From assembly GCA_046290465.1 (NCBI GenBank), contig JBKAGP010000001.1, positions 2,784,001 through 2,848,000 on the forward strand: DNA of 64,000 nt, in the 5' to 3' direction. This DNA is from Planctomycetota bacterium (GTDB taxonomy: Bacteria > Planctomycetota > UBA1135 > UBA2386). Below are positions 30,001 to 39,032 of this stretch, one piece after another. Made by a program: the position numbers and the translations under genes. The notes below the pieces were generated by a model that saw only the letters and a program-made list of their open reading frames with translations, was not told the origin of the DNA and did not search any database. The first letter of the stretch is position 1; every line of letters begins with the position of its first letter.

Positions 30001-30863
30001 CGCGCCTGGCGCTCAGCGGCTCGAACGTGCGCTGCGAGCTCGTCGTCGAACAAGGCCTGCAGCCGGTCGAGTTCGACCGCGGCCAGATCGGCCAGGTCGT
30101 GCACAACCTGGTGCTCAACGGCCGCCAGGCGATGCCGACCGGCGGCACCATCACGGTTCGGACCTTCCCGTCGCCGCGCTGCCCCAACGGCCACGAGATC
30201 CCCCACTCGGTCATCGAGGTGCGGGACGAGGGCGCCGGCATCTCACCGGGTGAGCTCGAACGGATCTTCGACCCGTACTACTCGACCAAGCCCGACGGCA
30301 CCGGGCTGGGCCTCGCGACGTCGCACTCGATCGTCAAGCGGCACGACGGCTACCTGACCGTCGAGTCGCGCCTCGGCGAGGGCTCGACCTTCCGCATCTA
30401 CCTGCCGGCGCTGGCCGACGCGCGCGCGGTCGCGAACGCGCCGACCCTGGCCGGCGCCGACCTGCTGCCCAAGGGCCGTCGGGTGCTGTGCATGGACGAC
30501 GACGCGTCGATCCGCGCGTTCTTGCGGTCCTCGCTGACCACGCTCGGCCACCACCCGCACCTGGTCAGCGACGGCACCGAGGCGATCGCCGTCTATCGGC
30601 ACGCGCGCGACCGCGGCCGGCCGTTCGACTTCGTGCTGCTCGACATGACGATCCCCGGCGGCATGGGCGGAGTCGAGACGCTCGAACGGCTGCGCGAGCT
30701 CGACCCCGACGTCGTCGCGGTCGCGGCGACCGGCTACTCGACCGACCCGGTGCTCGACGAGTTCCGCCGCCACGGCTTCGTCGCGTCGCTCGGCAAGCCG
30801 TTCTCGGTGTCGGACATCGCCGACGCGCTGACCCGGGCCGCCCGCGGCCGCGCCGAACGGTAG
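27063..30863 (+). CDS. Hybrid sensor kinase: beta-propeller (Reg_prop), Y_Y_Y, TM, PAS, HisKA, HATPase, REC
   Basis: YTEANGLP, G.LWF.T..G repeats, YESLPPGRYRLHV, PPWY, AGGIAHDFNNLL, NLVLNG, TKPDGTGLGL, MDDD...LLDMTIP...KPF. Confidence 0.9.
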   Translation: MRLHVATILSLLLGCAFALGFAPGSAAQNYAARIYTEANGLPHQSIVDVDQTPDGQLWFSTQGGLVRYDCRAWEVVATGIPTSGPSNGSMQLDVDERGALWAFRQAPPFDCGYLLDGRWHAFERPVPDGSAPVGGLVDAEIAPHQGGRSILLTTTLGTMLLHDGDNWRRLETVVDGMFDTCVFDGDFVVTGNGGVHRVDARDGATTRLGGAPTPPMAIETTDDGSCCWMVGRTWIGRYGGERIEVLEQGLAELFYPDIVHAAVLPDDRGGLYFGERAGAFHYSTETGVEVFGQPNALDHIGLTRLFRDREGIIWGAGVRGVAKFAGRFVANRASEHGLAEDEVSAVLELQDGRILLGHNHAVTILESPPRTARIDERRNHARVMSMAQTADGAVYLAANRAGLLRLDLDTLAVEPVRGPHQQALSIQGVTRAPDGSLIVAGWRRVWRYDGERFEDLLPPDHELTEDYIRHATMTGDGLLLALRHAGILQCVGEDVFAWTGDDVRANNCYCVQRRPDGSFWTGTGRGVLRTAARGRLVPVDFAGQRIDVPVYFMADDRDGRTWFGTNNGVIIWDGNGLRHITEEQGLAGRETNRGAHACDRRGRMWVGFDRGLTTFDPSLEVAPRHGPQVSLLAPAVNGVVRSTGLWAPVVEHDSLSFRLRSISSRDEERLLHQHRLEGLEHDFSALAPLPDRRVHYESLPPGRYRLHVRATDSASLTAETRSPWIEVMPPWYRVWWFRLLVLVGVLTALGIVFAFWTQRRHARQLEDVVELRTADLSAERNRLQATLSSIGDGVVAIDDAGCIALWNETARGLTGWDQQQALGRHLDELMPGLSLSSPTPDRAIEITIADGSSRWFEYTVAQVADHPASGYVVAFRDVTDRREQDRLMSRSERLESLGVLAGGIAHDFNNLLTVMLGNLSLLELDDDHDAALSEKRQLREQIQEAVLRARDLTRQLLTFSKGGAPVRTPGSLEEVVAESARLALSGSNVRCELVVEQGLQPVEFDRGQIGQVVHNLVLNGRQAMPTGGTITVRTFPSPRCPNGHEIPHSVIEVRDEGAGISPGELERIFDPYYSTKPDGTGLGLATSHSIVKRHDGYLTVESRLGEGSTFRIYLPALADARAVANAPTLAGADLLPKGRRVLCMDDDASIRAFLRSSLTTLGHHPHLVSDGTEAIAVYRHARDRGRPFDFVLLDMTIPGGMGGVETLERLRELDPDVVAVAATGYSTDPVLDEFRRHGFVASLGKPFSVSDIADALTRAARGRAER

Positions 30864-30889
30864 GTCGCGGCGGCTCAGGTCGCAGGGGC

Positions 30890-31903
30890 TCAGGCCGCCG
30901 CGTACGAGGACAGCAGCGTGCGGATCTCGCGGTCGACGTCGAACCGACGCGTGAAGTCCTCGCGGATGCGCACACCGAGCTTGCCGGCGGCGCCGCGATT
31001 GCGATAGAGCGCGAGGATCTGCTTGGCCATCTCCTCCTCGTCGCCGAACAGCAGGCCAGTCTCCTTGTGGCGGATCAGTTCGCGGTTGCCGGGCACGTCG
31101 GATGCGACCACCGGCCGGCCGAGGATGCCGGCCTCGAGGATCGTCGGCGCCGCACCCTCGGACAGCGACGTGTTGAGCACGACGTCGGCATCGACGTAGG
31201 CCGCGCCCATGCGCTCCTTGGCCAGCGTCGGCAGCACCCGCACCGCTGGCTGCTGTTCGCACAGTTCGCGAACGTGGCGGGCGTAGTCGGCGTCCTGCTC
31301 GGGGCCGGCCAGGATCATCTCGATGTCGGCACCGGCGGAGCGCAGCACCTGGATCGCCGAGATCGCGCGGTGCTGCCCCTTGATGGGCCGCAGCCCGCCG
31401 GGCAGGAACACCAGGAACCGCTGGCGCGGGATCCCGAGCGAACGTCGCAGGTCGGTGCCGTCGGTCAGGAGCGGCGTCGCCGCCCGCGCGACCACGTCGA
31501 TCTTGCCGATCGCGTCCGGAACGCGCTCCTCGACGACGCGCGCCGCCTGCTCGCTCGGCACCAGCACGCGGTGCGCGCGGCGGATCACTTCGCAGACGAT
31601 CGGACCGTGCTCGCCGTGCATCGCGTCCTCGTGCAGGTCCTCACCGCTCAGCGAGATCACCCACGGCGTGCGACAACCGAGCAGCTGGATGCCGCAGCGG
31701 CGCGCGTCGTGCGCGTGCACGATGTCGGGCTTGAAGCGGCCGACGGTGCCCTCGAGCGACTGCTTCAGGCCACCTTCGGTGGTGCCGCCGAACAACTCGC
31801 ACAGGTGGCCCTTGTGCTGCAGACCGTCGCGGTAGCGCGTCACGGTCGCGATGCCACCCAGGTGCAGGTGGGTCGGCGCGGGCGTCATCAGCAGGACCTT
31901 CAC
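30890..31903 (-). CDS. Glycosyltransferase family 4 (distantly SenB/GLT1D1-like)
   Basis: GLRPIKG, LNTSLSEG....ILEA, VVASDVPGN. Confidence 0.82.
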   Translation of the reverse strand: MKVLLMTPAPTHLHLGGIATVTRYRDGLQHKGHLCELFGGTTEGGLKQSLEGTVGRFKPDIVHAHDARRCGIQLLGCRTPWVISLSGEDLHEDAMHGEHGPIVCEVIRRAHRVLVPSEQAARVVEERVPDAIGKIDVVARAATPLLTDGTDLRRSLGIPRQRFLVFLPGGLRPIKGQHRAISAIQVLRSAGADIEMILAGPEQDADYARHVRELCEQQPAVRVLPTLAKERMGAAYVDADVVLNTSLSEGAAPTILEAGILGRPVVASDVPGNRELIRHKETGLLFGDEEEMAKQILALYRNRGAAGKLGVRIREDFTRRFDVDREIRTLLSSYAAA

Positions 31904-31948
31904 GCGACCATCATCGGCCGATCGAGCGTCCGGGCCTTACCGCCGCCG

Positions 31949-32737
31949 TCACGGAGTCGGGCAGGCCGCGCGCAGGCGTCGCGCCCGCTCGAGGTCGACC
32001 GGCTCGCGCGAGCGCCCGTCGGTCTTGCACCAGCTGCCGACGATCGCGCCGTCGACGCGCGGCCACAGCTGCGCGGCGTTGTCGGCGGTCAGTCCAGAGC
32101 CGATCCAGATCGGGAACGCAGAGACCGCGTCCCGCACGCTGTCGAGCATCGCCACATCGACCGGCTCGCCCGTACGAGAACCCGACAGCACCATGCCGTC
32201 GGCTCCCGAACGTTCGGCGAGGTCCCGAGCGCCGGTCGCCAGGTCGAACGGCGCCAGCGGCGTCGCGTGCTTGACCAGGAAGTCGGCGAGCAACCGCGCG
32301 TCGCTGCGCAGCTGACGACGGTAGGCGGAGAGCCGCGCGGCCTCGCCGGCGATCACGCCCTGGTCGGTGACGTAGGCGCCGGTCAGCACGTTGACCCGCA
32401 CCCACGCGGCGCCGGTCGCGGCCGCGACCCCGAACGCCGCGACCCCGTCGTTGCGCAGGCAGTTGATGCCGACCGGCAGGCCGGTGGCGCGCTGGACCCG
32501 ATCCGCGGCGATCGCGATGCCGGCGACCACGTCGGGCGTCACCGGGTCGTCGTGGGTGCCGCGATGGAACGGCGCGTCGCCGAAGTTCTCGACGATCAGG
32601 CCGTCGAAGCCGGCCTGCGCGTAGGCCTCGGCGTCGGCCAGCGCCAGATCCAGCACCGACCGCATCGACTCGTGGCCCGCCGCCGACGGCAGCGCGCGCA
32701 GGTGGACCACACCGAGCAGGGGTCGCGTCGCCGTCAT
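31949..32737 (-). CDS. BtpA/SgcQ family TIM-barrel protein
   Basis: GVVHL.ALP, DGLIVENFGDAPF, GINCLRND, DQGVI.G, VKHA, SGSRTG, IGSG, DGAIVGS. Confidence 0.9.
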   Translation of the reverse strand: MTATRPLLGVVHLRALPSAAGHESMRSVLDLALADAEAYAQAGFDGLIVENFGDAPFHRGTHDDPVTPDVVAGIAIAADRVQRATGLPVGINCLRNDGVAAFGVAAATGAAWVRVNVLTGAYVTDQGVIAGEAARLSAYRRQLRSDARLLADFLVKHATPLAPFDLATGARDLAERSGADGMVLSGSRTGEPVDVAMLDSVRDAVSAFPIWIGSGLTADNAAQLWPRVDGAIVGSWCKTDGRSREPVDLERARRLRAACPTP

Positions 32738-33606
32738 CGCTTCAGCATCGTGCGCAGCCGCATCTTGAAGCCCTTCCACGTCGGCGTCAGCTGCTGCGCC
32801 TCGGCGATCACCTTGCGCGCCTCGTCGAAGCGGCCCTCACCGAGCATGTCCCAGGCGAGGTCGAGCCGCACGTCGGCGCGACGGCGCTTGATCAGGTTCT
32901 GGAAGTGCGCCTCGCCCTCGTGCTGCGTGGCGATGCGTCCGAGGATTGTGTCGACACCGCGCAGGAAGCGCGTGTTGGCCGACAGGCTGCCGTCGTGCAC
33001 GCGGTAGAACGTCATCGCCTTGGCGGAGTAGGCGATCGGTTCGCGCACCGACATGCGCAGCCACAGGTCGTAGTCCTCGGTCGCGACCAGCTCCGGCGAT
33101 TCGTCGAAGCAGCCGGCGTCGATCACCGCCTGGCGACGGGCGACCACCGAACTGCAGACGATCGGGTTGCCGCGCAGCAGGAACTCGAGCGTCAGCACGT
33201 TGGGCACGGGACGCTGTTCGTTCTTGCGGCCCTCGATGCGGTCGCCGCGCACGATCCACGCGTCGGTCGCGCTGCAGGCCGCGCCGAGGTCCTCGAGCTG
33301 GCTCACGGCGCGTTCGATCTTGTCGGGCACGTACCAGTCGTCGGCATCGCAGAACGCGACGAACTCCGTCTCGGCCAGTTCGATGCCGCGGTTGCGGGCG
33401 GCACCGGGACCGCGCTGGTCCTGCGACACAACGTCGACGCCGAAGCCCTTGGCGACTTCGACCGTGTTGTCGGACGAGCCGTCGTCGACGACCACGACGC
33501 GTTCGGGCACGACCGTCTGTTCGCGGATCGCGTCCAGGGTCACGCCCAGGTACTCCCCCGCGTTGAACGCCGGGATGACGACGGTCACAGGTGCGGTGCG
33601 GGTCAT
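32734..33606 (-). CDS. Glycosyltransferase family 2
   Basis: VVIPAFN, VVDDGSSD, AARNRG, FCDADD, EDYDLWLR. Confidence 0.9.
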   Translation of the reverse strand: MTRTAPVTVVIPAFNAGEYLGVTLDAIREQTVVPERVVVVDDGSSDNTVEVAKGFGVDVVSQDQRGPGAARNRGIELAETEFVAFCDADDWYVPDKIERAVSQLEDLGAACSATDAWIVRGDRIEGRKNEQRPVPNVLTLEFLLRGNPIVCSSVVARRQAVIDAGCFDESPELVATEDYDLWLRMSVREPIAYSAKAMTFYRVHDGSLSANTRFLRGVDTILGRIATQHEGEAHFQNLIKRRRADVRLDLAWDMLGEGRFDEARKVIAEAQQLTPTWKGFKMRLRTMLKR

Positions 33607-35033
33607 GATCCCTTGCGGCGGAGCTTCGACATCACGGCGGAGATGATGTCACGAATGTAGCGGAAGTCGGACGGGTGCACGAACAGGCAGCGCCACACCG
33701 GCGTGTCGGTCTGGCGACCGTAGGCGATCACCGTCCAGACCGTGCCGAGCACGTAGGCGCCGGTCGACGCGACCGCGGCGCCCTGCGCGCCATACTGCGG
33801 GATCAGCCAGACGTCGAGCGCGAGCATCGACACCAACACGCAGACCTGCGCGTTGACGCACGTCTGCAGCTGGTCGCGCGCGGCCAGGTCGGCCTGCAGC
33901 ACCTTCGACACGGTGAAGCCGACCGTTCCGGGGACCAGCAGCCACAGCGCCTCGCCGACGTGCGGGCTCCAGTCGTCGTACCAGACCGACGCGTCGTTCT
34001 TCGCCGCCCACGTGATCGCCCCCATGATCGGGTCGACCATCAGCACGATGCCGACCGCGCCGACCAGCGAGACCAGCAGGCCGAGCCGCGCGAACACCGG
34101 CGTCAGCTTGCGGGCCTGGTCGTGCGAGCTGCCGGCGACCTTCGAGAAGAACAGGTCGCGCATCGCCTCGGGGAAGTGCCAGACCAGTTCGGCCCAGGTC
34201 ACCGCCATCGAGTAGTAGGCGACCTCGGTGCCGGCGAGGTCCTTGGCATCCTCGACGCTGAAGCCGTGCTCACGCATCACCGAGATCATGACGATGCCGA
34301 GCACCAACAGGTCCACCCGGTGGTTGAGGTAGGTCAGCGTCGACGTTAGGTTGGCCTTCCAGCCGTAGCGCACCGCCTCGCGCAGGTAGCGCCGGTCGAC
34401 CTCGGCACGCAGCTTGACGACCTTGGAGACCAGCCACAGCGCCAGCACGGCGACGATCGCGGTCGACGCCAGACGCCCCCACGCGACCGCCAGCGGCACG
34501 CAGCCGTCCTCGACCGAACCGCCGAGCAGGAAGAACAGCAGGAAGAACGCCGGCAGGAACCCGACCGACGTCGCGATGTGCACGACGCCGTAGTCCTTGA
34601 TCCGTTCGGTCGCCAGCTGGGTGCTGTTGGCGTAGCTCGCGATCAGCAGCAGCGGCACGACCGCACAGATCGGCACCACCGCGAACCAGTCGAGCTGCCA
34701 GTCCGGGTCGATCCACGGCAGCACGTAGAGCGTGAACAGCGCCGAGGCCACGGCTACGAAGCCGCCCCACACCAGCGCCACCCACATCGACGTCTGGAAC
34801 GCCGTCTGTGCGGTCACCGACCTGCGCCGGACGAAGTAGACCAGCGCTGTCGCCAGGCCGAGGTTGGCGATCGCGCCGAGGATGAACGGCAGCGACGCCG
34901 CGATCCCCGACTTGCCGTGCTCCGCCGCCTGGTTGGCGGTCAGCAGATACAGGATCAGGCCGCCGCCCTTGTCGACCGCGACGACGAGGACGTGGACCAG
35001 AAACGTGAAGACGACCCAGCGCCGGAAGTTCAT
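33603..35033 (-). CDS. Polysaccharide flippase (Wzx/MOP superfamily)
   Basis: Many TMs; NLGLATALVY, YLNHRVD, VAYYS.A, LIPQYGAQGAAVAS. Confidence 0.8.
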   Translation of the reverse strand: MNFRRWVVFTFLVHVLVVAVDKGGGLILYLLTANQAAEHGKSGIAASLPFILGAIANLGLATALVYFVRRRSVTAQTAFQTSMWVALVWGGFVAVASALFTLYVLPWIDPDWQLDWFAVVPICAVVPLLLIASYANSTQLATERIKDYGVVHIATSVGFLPAFFLLFFLLGGSVEDGCVPLAVAWGRLASTAIVAVLALWLVSKVVKLRAEVDRRYLREAVRYGWKANLTSTLTYLNHRVDLLVLGIVMISVMREHGFSVEDAKDLAGTEVAYYSMAVTWAELVWHFPEAMRDLFFSKVAGSSHDQARKLTPVFARLGLLVSLVGAVGIVLMVDPIMGAITWAAKNDASVWYDDWSPHVGEALWLLVPGTVGFTVSKVLQADLAARDQLQTCVNAQVCVLVSMLALDVWLIPQYGAQGAAVASTGAYVLGTVWTVIAYGRQTDTPVWRCLFVHPSDFRYIRDIISAVMSKLRRKGS

Positions 35034-35063
35034 GCCTGCCTCACCACGCGGGTGACGGACGCA

Positions 35064-35933
35064 CTACCAGGGCAGCTCGGACGCGGTGAAGTCGTCGTGG
35101 ATCTGCGGCAGCAACTCTTCGATGCGTTCGGGCGACAGGCCGACCTGGTCGTAGACCTCGTGGTCGAGCGGCGCCGGCGCGGTGCCGACGGTGGAAGGCA
35201 TCTGGGCGCGCCAGGCGAGCTGGTCGGCGAGATGGATGAGCGAGCTGAGCGAACGATGGAACGGGTCACGCGCGGGCGCGTGGTGGTACCGGATGGCGAT
35301 CGCGAGATCCTCCGGCAACGACCACTTGATCGCCAGCACCGAACCGACGTCGGCGTGCGTGAAGCCGAAATCCTCGACCTCGGCATCGACCTCGGGCCGA
35401 CCCTGCTGGACCGACTTGCGCAGCATCGCGAGGTAGCGCGGCGCCGACTTCTCCATCAGGATGATCTTGCCGATGTCGTGCAGCAACCCGGCGATGTAGG
35501 CGTCCTCGGGGTGCATGTCGGTGAACTGGTCCGACGCGCCGGCGAGCACGCGCGCCGCGACCCCGGCGTAGACCGCGTGCTTCCAGAAGGCCGACGGATC
35601 GAAGTGTTGGATCTTGTCGCGGCGCTTCGTGAAGGCTGAGAAAACCGCGGCCTTCAACGCGACCTTCTTGGTCATGTTGAAGCCCATCACCGAGATCGCC
35701 AGGCTCACCGACGAGACCCGCACCTGCAGGCCGTAGTAGGCGGAGTTGACGATGCGCAGGATGTTGGTCGACACCGCCGGGTCGGCCGCGACGACCTTGG
35801 CCACGTCCGCGGCAGAGGTGTCCGGGTTGGCCATGACCTCGTTCAGCTTGATCAGGACCTCCGGCATCGTCGGCAGGTCGATCGTGCTGTTGACCAGCGT
35901 CAGGATGTTCGTCGATGAAGTCGTCTCAGCCAT
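35064..35933 (-). CDS. Stand-alone HDOD domain protein
   Basis: LPTMPEV, DPAVSTNILRIVNSAYYG, FWKH, AGLLHDIGK, HADVG..LA.KW.LP, YHH. Confidence 0.9.
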   Translation of the reverse strand: MAETTSSTNILTLVNSTIDLPTMPEVLIKLNEVMANPDTSAADVAKVVAADPAVSTNILRIVNSAYYGLQVRVSSVSLAISVMGFNMTKKVALKAAVFSAFTKRRDKIQHFDPSAFWKHAVYAGVAARVLAGASDQFTDMHPEDAYIAGLLHDIGKIILMEKSAPRYLAMLRKSVQQGRPEVDAEVEDFGFTHADVGSVLAIKWSLPEDLAIAIRYHHAPARDPFHRSLSSLIHLADQLAWRAQMPSTVGTAPAPLDHEVYDQVGLSPERIEELLPQIHDDFTASELPW

Positions 35934-35993
35934 GCGGTTCGCGCTCCCGTCCTTGTATCGGGGCGGGACGCGAGCAACCTTGATGCCCCTTCC

Positions 35994-37220
35994 GTGTCGA
36001 ACTCCTCGCAGCAACCCCGCGTCGTCTTCCTGTGCCAACGCGTGCCGTGGCCGCCCGACCGGGGCGACCGCATCACCACCTGGCACTTCCTGCAACACCT
36101 GCTCGCACGCGGTGCCGAGGTCCGCGTCGGGTGCTTCCTCGAAGAGGATCGGGACCACCAGGCTGTCGAGTTCTTGAACAGTCGCTGTGCCGAGGTCGTC
36201 GCACCGCGGCTGTCGCGCAAGGCGCGCAAGCTGACCAGCATGCGCGGCCTGCTGACCGGCGAGGCGCTGACGGTGCCGTTCTTCCGGCACGGCGAGCTGA
36301 GCCGCGCGATGGATCGCTGGAGCGCGACGCCGCCCGACCTGGTCTACGTCTACTCGTCGTCGATGGCGCAGTACGTGCTCGGCCGCGACGCCCGGGCCAA
36401 GGTGATGCAGTTCGCCGAGCTCGACTCGGACAAGTGGCGCCAGTACGCGGCGGTGGCCGGCCCGCTGGGCCGGTGGATCTACGGCCGCGAGGCCCGACGG
36501 CTGCTGGCGTTCGAGGATCGGGTGGCGCGCGAGTTCGACCGTTCGTTCGTCGTCAGCGAGGTCGAGAAGGACCTGTTCGAAGAACGCATCCCCGGAGTCG
36601 AGCCGGACGTGCTGCCCAACGGCGTCGACGTCGAGCACTTCGCGACGCAGGGCGACGCCGAACGGCACCCGCGCACCGCGGTGTTCACCGGGGTGATGGA
36701 CTACGAGCCCAACGTCGACGGCGTCTGCTGGTTCGTCGAGACGTGCTGGCCGACGCTGCGGCAGCGCTTCCCGGACGCGCAGCTGTTGATCGTCGGCAGC
36801 AAGCCGATCCCCAAGGTGCAGGCGCTCGGTGGCCGGGACGGCATCACCGTCACCGGTCGGGTCGAGACCACGCCACCGTACTTCGACCGTTCGTCGGTCG
36901 CGATCGCGCCGCTGCGACTGGCTCGCGGCGTGCAGAACAAGGTGCTCGAGGCGATGGCGATGTCGCTGCCGACGGTGGCGTCGCCGCAGGCCTCGCAGGG
37001 CCTCGGCGACGACGTGCCGGCGCAGTCGCTGTGCGTCGCGGACGGCGCCGAGGAGACCATCGCGGGGGTCACCCGATGGTTTGCCGATCCGGAGCTCGCG
37101 CGTCGCGACGGCGCCGCGGCCGGCGAGTGGGTGCGGCGCACGTGGCGCTGGGAACGGATGTACGAGCGCCTCGACGAGATCCTGGCGCAGCTCGGCGTGC
37201 CGTTCGTGGCGGCGCGCTAG
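35994..37220 (+). CDS. GT4 glycosyltransferase, TIGR03087 (PEP-CTERM/exosortase-associated)-like
   Basis: R.PWPPDRGDRI, DSDKWRQYA, NGVD, FTGVMDY.PNVD, APLRLARGVQNKVLEAMA. Confidence 0.85.
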   Translation: MSNSSQQPRVVFLCQRVPWPPDRGDRITTWHFLQHLLARGAEVRVGCFLEEDRDHQAVEFLNSRCAEVVAPRLSRKARKLTSMRGLLTGEALTVPFFRHGELSRAMDRWSATPPDLVYVYSSSMAQYVLGRDARAKVMQFAELDSDKWRQYAAVAGPLGRWIYGREARRLLAFEDRVAREFDRSFVVSEVEKDLFEERIPGVEPDVLPNGVDVEHFATQGDAERHPRTAVFTGVMDYEPNVDGVCWFVETCWPTLRQRFPDAQLLIVGSKPIPKVQALGGRDGITVTGRVETTPPYFDRSSVAIAPLRLARGVQNKVLEAMAMSLPTVASPQASQGLGDDVPAQSLCVADGAEETIAGVTRWFADPELARRDGAAAGEWVRRTWRWERMYERLDEILAQLGVPFVAAR

Positions 37221-37302
37221 GAGCGCGTCCACGTAGTAGACGCGCTGCCAACCGGGATCGCGGAAGCGGCGTGTACGCCTCGGACGGGGCTTTGCCCGCT
37301 AG
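37217..37302 (-). repeat. Single diverged copy of the element (82 bp) flanked by CTAG on both sides
   Basis: CTAG 37217-37220 and 37299-37302; both contain TAG stops of the convergent flanking genes. Confidence 0.92.
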
Positions 37303-38036
37303 GGCTGGTCGGGCTGGCGTCGGTCCTGCTGGCCGTCGGTCAGGTTGAACACGACCTCGATGTCGGTCTCGCTCGCGACCGCGACGCCATTCTCGGTCGC
37401 CGGGTCGAACCGCCACTTGCGGGCGGCGCGCAGCGCGGCGCGGTTGAACCCGGCGTAGCGCGACGGCGTCTTGAGGCTGACCTCGTCGACCGTGCCGTCG
37501 GCCGCGACCGAGATGCGCAGCACCACGGTGCCTTCGCGGTTCATGCGCCGCAGCTTCTCCGGGTAGGCCGGCGGACCGCCGCGGTCGGAGCGGGTCGCGG
37601 ACGTGTAGGCGGGCACCGATTCCTGCTCGACCGGCTTCTTCTCGACCGGCTTCTCGACGACCGGCTGCTCGGTCGGCACGACCGGCTCGTTCGCCTCGAC
37701 CTGCTTGCGCAGGACGCGCTCGGCGGTCGCCTGGTTGAGCATCGACGACGCGGTCGCCGGCAGCGGCGACGCCTCGATCACCGGCTCCGGCTCACGCGGC
37801 TCGGGCGGCGGCACGTCGAGGTCGACCAGCGGGCTGGCATCGCGCGCGTCCTCGGCCTCGACGTCCGGACACGGCCGCATGTTGGTGCGGGCCGGCGCCG
37901 ACGGCGGTTGGTTGCGGATCTCGATGCGCGCGACCGGCCGGGCGGCCTGCCGGTGCGCGTAGACCCCGAGCACCAGCGCCACCGAAACGGCGGCGCCGTG
38001 CAGGAGCATCGATACCAGCAGCCAGGGGGTGCGCAC
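37299..38036 (-). CDS. tonB: Energy transducer TonB family protein
   Basis: N-terminal TM with SxxLH, Pro/Glu linker, PAYP...EGTVVL...DGTV....S....RAAL.AARKWRF.PA. Confidence 0.85.
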   Translation of the reverse strand: MRTPWLLVSMLLHGAAVSVALVLGVYAHRQAARPVARIEIRNQPPSAPARTNMRPCPDVEAEDARDASPLVDLDVPPPEPREPEPVIEASPLPATASSMLNQATAERVLRKQVEANEPVVPTEQPVVEKPVEKKPVEQESVPAYTSATRSDRGGPPAYPEKLRRMNREGTVVLRISVAADGTVDEVSLKTPSRYAGFNRAALRAARKWRFDPATENGVAVASETDIEVVFNLTDGQQDRRQPDQP

Positions 38037-38175
38037 GGTCGGGTGGAGAACGATACCGTAAGCCGGTCGGTTCAGAAGCTCCGAAGCCTGCCGGGCCCAA
38101 TCCCGAGCTGGCCCGATCCCGTGCTAGTCCGATCCAGTGCTAGTCAGGGCCCCCGACCTCCGACAAGATGGGCAC

Positions 38176-38934
38176 ATGCTGGCCATCGCTGCCCTGCGCA
38201 AGACCTACGGCTCGTTCGTCGCCCTGCACGGGCTCGACCTCACGGTCGCCCCGGGCGAGATCCTGGCGCTGCTCGGGCCGAACGGCGCCGGCAAGTCCAC
38301 CACCGTCAAGTGCCTGGTCGGCCTGCTGCGACCGGACTCGGGTTCGGTGACCGTCGACGGCGTCGACGCGCTGCGCGACTCGTCGGCGCGGCGGTTGATC
38401 GGCTACCTGCCCGAGGTCGCCAAGCTGCACGAGACGCTGACCCCGTGGGAGTTCCTGCTGCTGAAGGGCCGGCTGTTCGACCTCGACGACCCGACCGTCG
38501 CCGCGCGCGCCGAGCGGTTGCTCGACGGCTTCGGCATCGTCGACCGCAAGGACGAGCCGATGGTCGCGTTCAGCAAGGGCATGCTGCAGAAGGTGTCGAT
38601 CTCGGCGGCGCTGCTGACCGAACCGAAGCTGCTGGTGTTCGACGAGCCGTTGTCCGGCCTCGACGTCACCACCGCGCTGGTCGTCAAGCAGCTGATGCAC
38701 GAGTTCGCGGAGCGCGGCGGCGCGGTGCTGCACTGCAGCCACCTGCTCGACGTCGTCGAGAACACCGCGCATCGCATCGCCGTGCTCGACAAGGGCAAGC
38801 TGCTCGCCAACGGCACCGCCGCCGAACTACGCAGCCAGGCCGGCGCCGGCGCCGACACCCACCTCGACCAGGTCTTTCGCTCGCTGGTCCAGGCCAGCGA
38901 CCCCGCCGCCGTCGCCAAGGCCATCCTCGGCTGA
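38176..38934 (+). CDS. ABC transporter ATP-binding protein (no adjacent permease)
   Basis: GPNGAGKST, FSKGM, VFDEP, SH. Confidence 0.9.
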   Translation: MLAIAALRKTYGSFVALHGLDLTVAPGEILALLGPNGAGKSTTVKCLVGLLRPDSGSVTVDGVDALRDSSARRLIGYLPEVAKLHETLTPWEFLLLKGRLFDLDDPTVAARAERLLDGFGIVDRKDEPMVAFSKGMLQKVSISAALLTEPKLLVFDEPLSGLDVTTALVVKQLMHEFAERGGAVLHCSHLLDVVENTAHRIAVLDKGKLLANGTAAELRSQAGAGADTHLDQVFRSLVQASDPAAVAKAILG

Positions 38935-38982
38935 CCAGCCCACTCGAACGCCCCGGTTCGCCGACCGGTGCGCAAATCCGGC

Positions 38983-39032
38983 CGGGCTTCGGCCGGGCTT
39001 CGGGCGGGCTTCGGGCGGGCTTCGGGCGGGCT
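38983..39032. repeat. 11-bp tandem repeat CGGGCTTCGG(C/G) x4.5 ending in the helicase stop
   Basis: Directly visible. Confidence 0.8.

Noticed and set aside
30890..31903. Selenoneine biosynthesis gene senB
   Set aside because: Resemblance is partial, the N-terminal GN motif is altered, and senA/selD are not nearby.
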